Assembly: GCA_965235115.1 (NCBI GenBank) | Contig: OZ249436.1 | Location: 20,646,001-20,710,000 of the forward strand | Direction of reading: 5' to 3' | Source of the DNA: Laetmonice hystrix | Taxonomy: Eukaryota | DNA: 64,000 nucleotides | Program-made: the position numbers and the translations under genes | Shown here: piece after piece, positions 59,401 through 64,000 of the stretch | Layout: each line of letters opens with the position of its first letter | How positions within the stretch are numbered: the stretch's first letter is position 1 | Notes under the pieces: model-generated | What the model saw: the letters and a program-made list of their open reading frames with translations, nothing else | Database searches by the model: none | What the model was told of the DNA's origin: nothing

Positions 59401-62400
59401 CGATCCCTCCGTTACTGATTGGAAGCTACTGTTCTTCAAAATAGTGCAATATTGTCTTTCCAAGTTCTTGCTGTGTTTCTAAGGCTGTGCATCAGTGAAA
59501 TGTTTTGCGGGGAACACAGGGCAGACGGAAGTCATTGGCATTTCACAGGAGAATCAGGGTCTCGAAACCTGGCCGGCGGGGAATCCAAGGCTAAGTAAAT
59601 ACACCCACCGAAACCTCAGTATGGCCACGACCACTCATTACTCTCAGAGAATTGTCTGTACTCCTGCATACAAGCAATACTCTTTCCCTCAGCTAACCAA
59701 AATACATGTAGTTAAAAAAAAAATGAAATGCATGAATTAGTACTTCGGGTCGGATAAAACAAATTGATCGAGCCGAAACTACACGGCTTAGTTTGTTGTT
59801 TCTAAAACTACTAAAGAACTTTTTATTCGAAGAAGGGGGTTTGCAACGTCATACAGAACTGTTCGTTTGCTGAGGATAAACAGTCCTTCCAGTTCAGTTT
59901 CTCTCATAGCATCAAATATAACCCAAAAAGACCTTTTCGGTACAGCTAGCGAACAACACACGAGAGTGGACTATACTTTCAAACAGAAAACGATTGACAT
60001 CTTAAAATACGGTAAAAACTCAAGATCAGGTTTGAAGACAAGGCAGTCCGTTTTGCTAGAAGTAGTCAAGTCTGGCATTATGGTAAATCTTGAAGAAACT
60101 CCCCCCCCCCCCCCCCCCCGGGCAGTGGGAGAATGGCTCAACATGACAACAGCATACCAGAATAGGACATTCTTTCTCGGGGATGAAAAGACCATTATGA
60201 CCAACCCCCCCCCCCCCCCCAAAAAAAAAAAAATCACTTAGGGGTCATTTCGACTTTGCACCTCCAAGACCTCTATCAAACAAAGTTCGCAAATACCACT
60301 GGATTATGACAGTCTGAATACGGTTTATATCAATTTACGTAGCAAATTCTATTTGGCACACGTATTAGTCCATTGATCTTTGTAAGAATTTGTACTTTAA
60401 AAATTGAAGCGCCTTTCTAGTAGCTACATTCATCGCACGGAGGCAAGGTCACGTATAAAACCCACATAATTAAGGCTGATCACGACCCAGTCTCTGCTTT
60501 CGTGTAAATATGAGGTACCTTATTATATTTTACAAGTTCCATCCAGAGGAACTAATAAATTTTAATAAAGTTCCAATGATGTGAAACCCGTTTAAACCGG
60601 TGAAGTGATACAAAATGGCCGGATGTAAGTCCAACATGGCTGCCATAACATTGATGTTTGTGATCAGTGCAAGATGTTGAGAATCACATCATCCTTGAGG
60701 AGAATAAACAGGATGATTCACACCTCGGCTTCCATGTGGACCGAGTTCAGAGAGCACTGCAAACCTTTGGCACCGAGGCCGTAATTTTAGTTCTGATAGC
60801 ATTACACGAATTCTAACCCTATACAATATCTTGCAAACATATTAATTCTTCATTCCTGTATTTCTTCTTAGAAAAAATGGTTTTGTTCCGACTGATATTT
60901 GCATACATTATGTCATTATCCAGGTTCAATACATAAAACCCATTCCGAATTCTGCCAGTCATGGCACTAAGTGGTTTCACGCTTATTATAGGAAGCTAGG
61001 AGTTCGGAGTGTGTGGACAACAAGGTAAAAGTAAATAGTTGAACCCCGCTGGTGAAGGCACCCCGCCGACAGGATCAGGTAGCAGCTTCCCGCGCTAACT
61101 TATGTACCATCACAAAATGTACGGGTACCGGGTATACCGCACAGGTACATACAGACACAAGGCAGCTACTGCACTTCTTCTCTGGGTATTATCAGACGAA
61201 TTCCTTCAATTATGATCCGTTCCCTGGCATTCTTGCTTCCCTGTGCCAATTTACAAGTGACATAAAAAAGAGAAGTGTTTGCAAGTTTAAGCTGACAATA
61301 TATTGACCTTAAACCTTGGTGGAATAGTTTACAGAGCTGTTGCAGCTTAAGACATCAATAAGGACCGAAGTTTTCAGATGTCATCCACTCACTACTCATC
61401 ATGTAACAAGCTACCTGTAGACGACATCCGCCACTTGGTAACAGCTGTCTATGTGTTATAGGTGGGAAGGCTTTGTGTACATGATCATTCAGACGAACCC
61501 TCGAGGATGTTTCCTCACCTTTGGGGGCTGTGGCCCTGGCCACTGTAGCACAGCATGTACGCCGGGCAGGCTGCCACTCCCACTGACATCTGTTTATCGC
61601 GGCTGGCCAACGCCAGCGACTGCCTCAAAGTGCAGCTGCCAGCCGTGGGTGCGCCTACCTCGGCCTGACGGAGAACCACATGCTTTGACTTCAAGCAACC
61701 TTTTGCTGAGAGCCGCTATGCACGTATGTAGGTCACTCGCTGGGTGATCTGCTTGAGGGCCTAACATCCTAAGGTGTTCATCTCGGGGTTGAAGATCGAT
61801 TTGCACGTGTCATCCACAGACATGACGAATGGTGAACGTATTACGACGATGTGTGAAGATGAGAGGCTTCATCTGCTGCTTCCAAAGACCCACCGACAAT
61901 TCGACGACCACGTGTGATTACAGTTACCAGAAACTGACCGACAAACTTTCTCTACCTGACCTTTTGGTTTAGTCGTCCTGACAAAGTAAAGTGCCGTTAA
62001 TGGTTCAAGTCTCTCTCCCGAATTGTTATTAATGACAAGACAAACATATCCCTTATAACGACGCACTGTAGGATACACAATCGATGATCAAGGTATTTTA
62101 GACCTGGCACCGGTTCACAAGCACAGTCAAGTCAATTTTCATTGATTTGAAGTCAATGTTATCTAGAATCTGATTGGCTAAAACGGATTTCAAGTTAATT
62201 AAAGTTGACTTGACTTTTATTGTGAACAGGGCCCAAGTTTTACACAGAAGTCCTTAGGACCCCCACCCACTCCACCCCATATCCAGAGGTGCTCAAAGAC
62301 TTTATCGATAGTTAAATTAACCGCTATATATGGCATCATCAACAGTCGTGCCCAAATACAAATGCCAATCGACATTTCTGTGAGGGATCACTCCCACCCC

Positions 62401-62834
62401 ACCCCCGCACAAGCCCCATCCCCAGCGCTCGAGCCCCAGCCCCAGCCCCAGCCCGCGCCCCAGTCTCTGTGTTCGCCCCCGGAGGTCCCAGGATCACGTA
62501 CCACCGATGCCCCCCACCCCTAGTCTACTATGCAGTTCTCAGACTTTTCTCCACTTTCTGTTGAATCATGATGGTATATTTTACTGTGCCAACACCTCAT
62601 CACTCCGGATGTAAGCCTCATCATAAATACCGCGAAAACAGGATGCAGACATGGCTGATGGGCAGAGGTTTTTTTTAAACGCTCTCTCTTCTATAGCAGG
62701 CCATTCTTCAAAAAGGGCCCTGCAGTCAGGACTGTTATCAAGCTACACGTCTCATAAGTTTGGAACGAGACGGCTGGATATAGCCACACGTGGGCTAAAT
62801 GAACGAGGTAACGGCACGCAGACCATCAAGTACC

Positions 62835-63595
62835 ACGTGGACACCCACCAACCTGAGCGACGTCTACATTCTAATGGACACCCACCAAACTGAGCGACGT
62901 CTACATTGTACCCGTGGACACCCACCAACCTGACCGACGTCTACATTGTACCCGTGGACACCCACCAACCTGAGCGACGTCTACATTGTACCCGTGGACA
63001 CCCACCAACCTGACCGACGTCTACATTGTACCCCTGGACACCCACCAACCTGACCGACGTCTACATTATATCCGTGGACACCCACCAACCTGACCGACGT
63101 CTACATTGTACCCGTGGACACCCACCACCCTGAGCGACGTCTACATTGTACCCGTAGACACCCACCAACCTGAGCGACGTCTACATTGTACCCGTGGACA
63201 CCCACCAACCTGAGCGACGTCTACATTGTACCCGTGGACACCCACCAACCTGACCGACGTCTACATTGTACCCGTGGACACTCACCAACCTGACCGACGT
63301 CTACATTGTACCCGTGGACACCCACCAACCTGAGCGACGTCTACATTGTACCCGTGGACACCCACCAACCTGAGCGACGTCTACATTGTACCCGTGGACA
63401 CCCACCAACCTGAGCGACGTCTACATTCATTGTACCCGTGGACACCCACCAACCTGAGCGACGTCTACATTGTACCCGTGGACACCCACCAACCTGAGCG
63501 ACGTCTACATTGTACCCGTGGACACCCACCAACCTGAGCGACGTCTACATTGTACCCGTGGACACCCACCAACCTGACCGACGTCTACATTGTAC
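62835..63595. repeat. 40-bp minisatellite, about 19 copies (gacgtctacattgtacccgtggacacccaccaacctgagc)
   Basis: Visible periodicity. Confidence 0.97.
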
Positions 63596-63598
63596 CTA

Positions 63599-63717
63599 AG
63601 GGTTTAAACATGATTTTCAGTGTGTGGCCCCAGATCACAGCACGAGGACCGAGACGGAACGTCGAGGTCCGAGTGCTGTGATCTGGGGCCACACACTGAA
63701 AATCATGTTTAAACCCT
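63599..63717. mobile_element. Foldback/MITE-like hairpin with perfect 45-bp arms and a 29-bp spacer
   Basis: 63599-63643 is the exact reverse complement of 63673-63717. Confidence 0.8.
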
Positions 63718-64000
63718 GTTCTACCATGACAATACCATATCTTAGACACCATTTTATTTCATAAATAATACCTAAAATATCAGAAAAAAGGCTTACCGAG
63801 TTTATAAGCTCTACATTACGACCGTGTTTACAAGTGGCAGTGCATTCCGAGCACGTTATAAAAGGCGCCACCTCAGTGGTTCATATCAGTCTAATTGTGA
63901 CGCTCTCACAATTGTTAGTAATTGTGTCGTCGTCATTGTGATTGTGTCGGCATAATTAAATAGATTCTGAACCAATCACGTTCTATCTTACAACCGCTGA

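Noticed and set aside
61440-61870. GHSLG lipase-like motif in a broken plus-strand frame
   Set aside because: Single short motif among multiple stops; no other hydrolase features recognisable.
63341-63537. Short ORFs in the 40-bp repeat
   Set aside because: Tandem-repeat artefacts.

Overview
Eukaryotic (invertebrate deuterostome-like, plausibly amphioxus; this is inferred from the repeat style and intron architecture) genomic DNA. It is dominated by one multi-exon collagen gene on the minus strand. I can read about 33 confident exons plus several candidate cassette exons between 53923 and 5553, nearly all phase 0-0 with GT-AG boundaries. The Gly-X-Y exon series, the interrupted helix (e.g. 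...[20 protein letters not shown]) and the C-terminal [18 protein letters not shown] motif identify it as a membrane-associated collagen with interrupted triple helices (MACIT; collagen XIII/XXIII/XXV family). The transmembrane/NC1 exon(s) are not recognisable in the window and probably lie beyond position 64000. The most unusual features are: (i) two tandem exons that each encode the family-defining NC4 motif; (ii) a further terminal exon encoding an acidic Tyr-rich tail; (iii) a 98-codon basic/acidic non-collagenous candidate cassette exon with RxxR motifs; and (iv) a minisatellite built from copies of a real splice acceptor. Introns hold tRNA-derived SINE copies, MITE-like elements, a decayed LINE fragment, several VNTRs and some decayed coding-like fragments. 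Most entries in the supplied ORF track are spurious. All exon calls come from reading the sequence by eye and have no transcript support.
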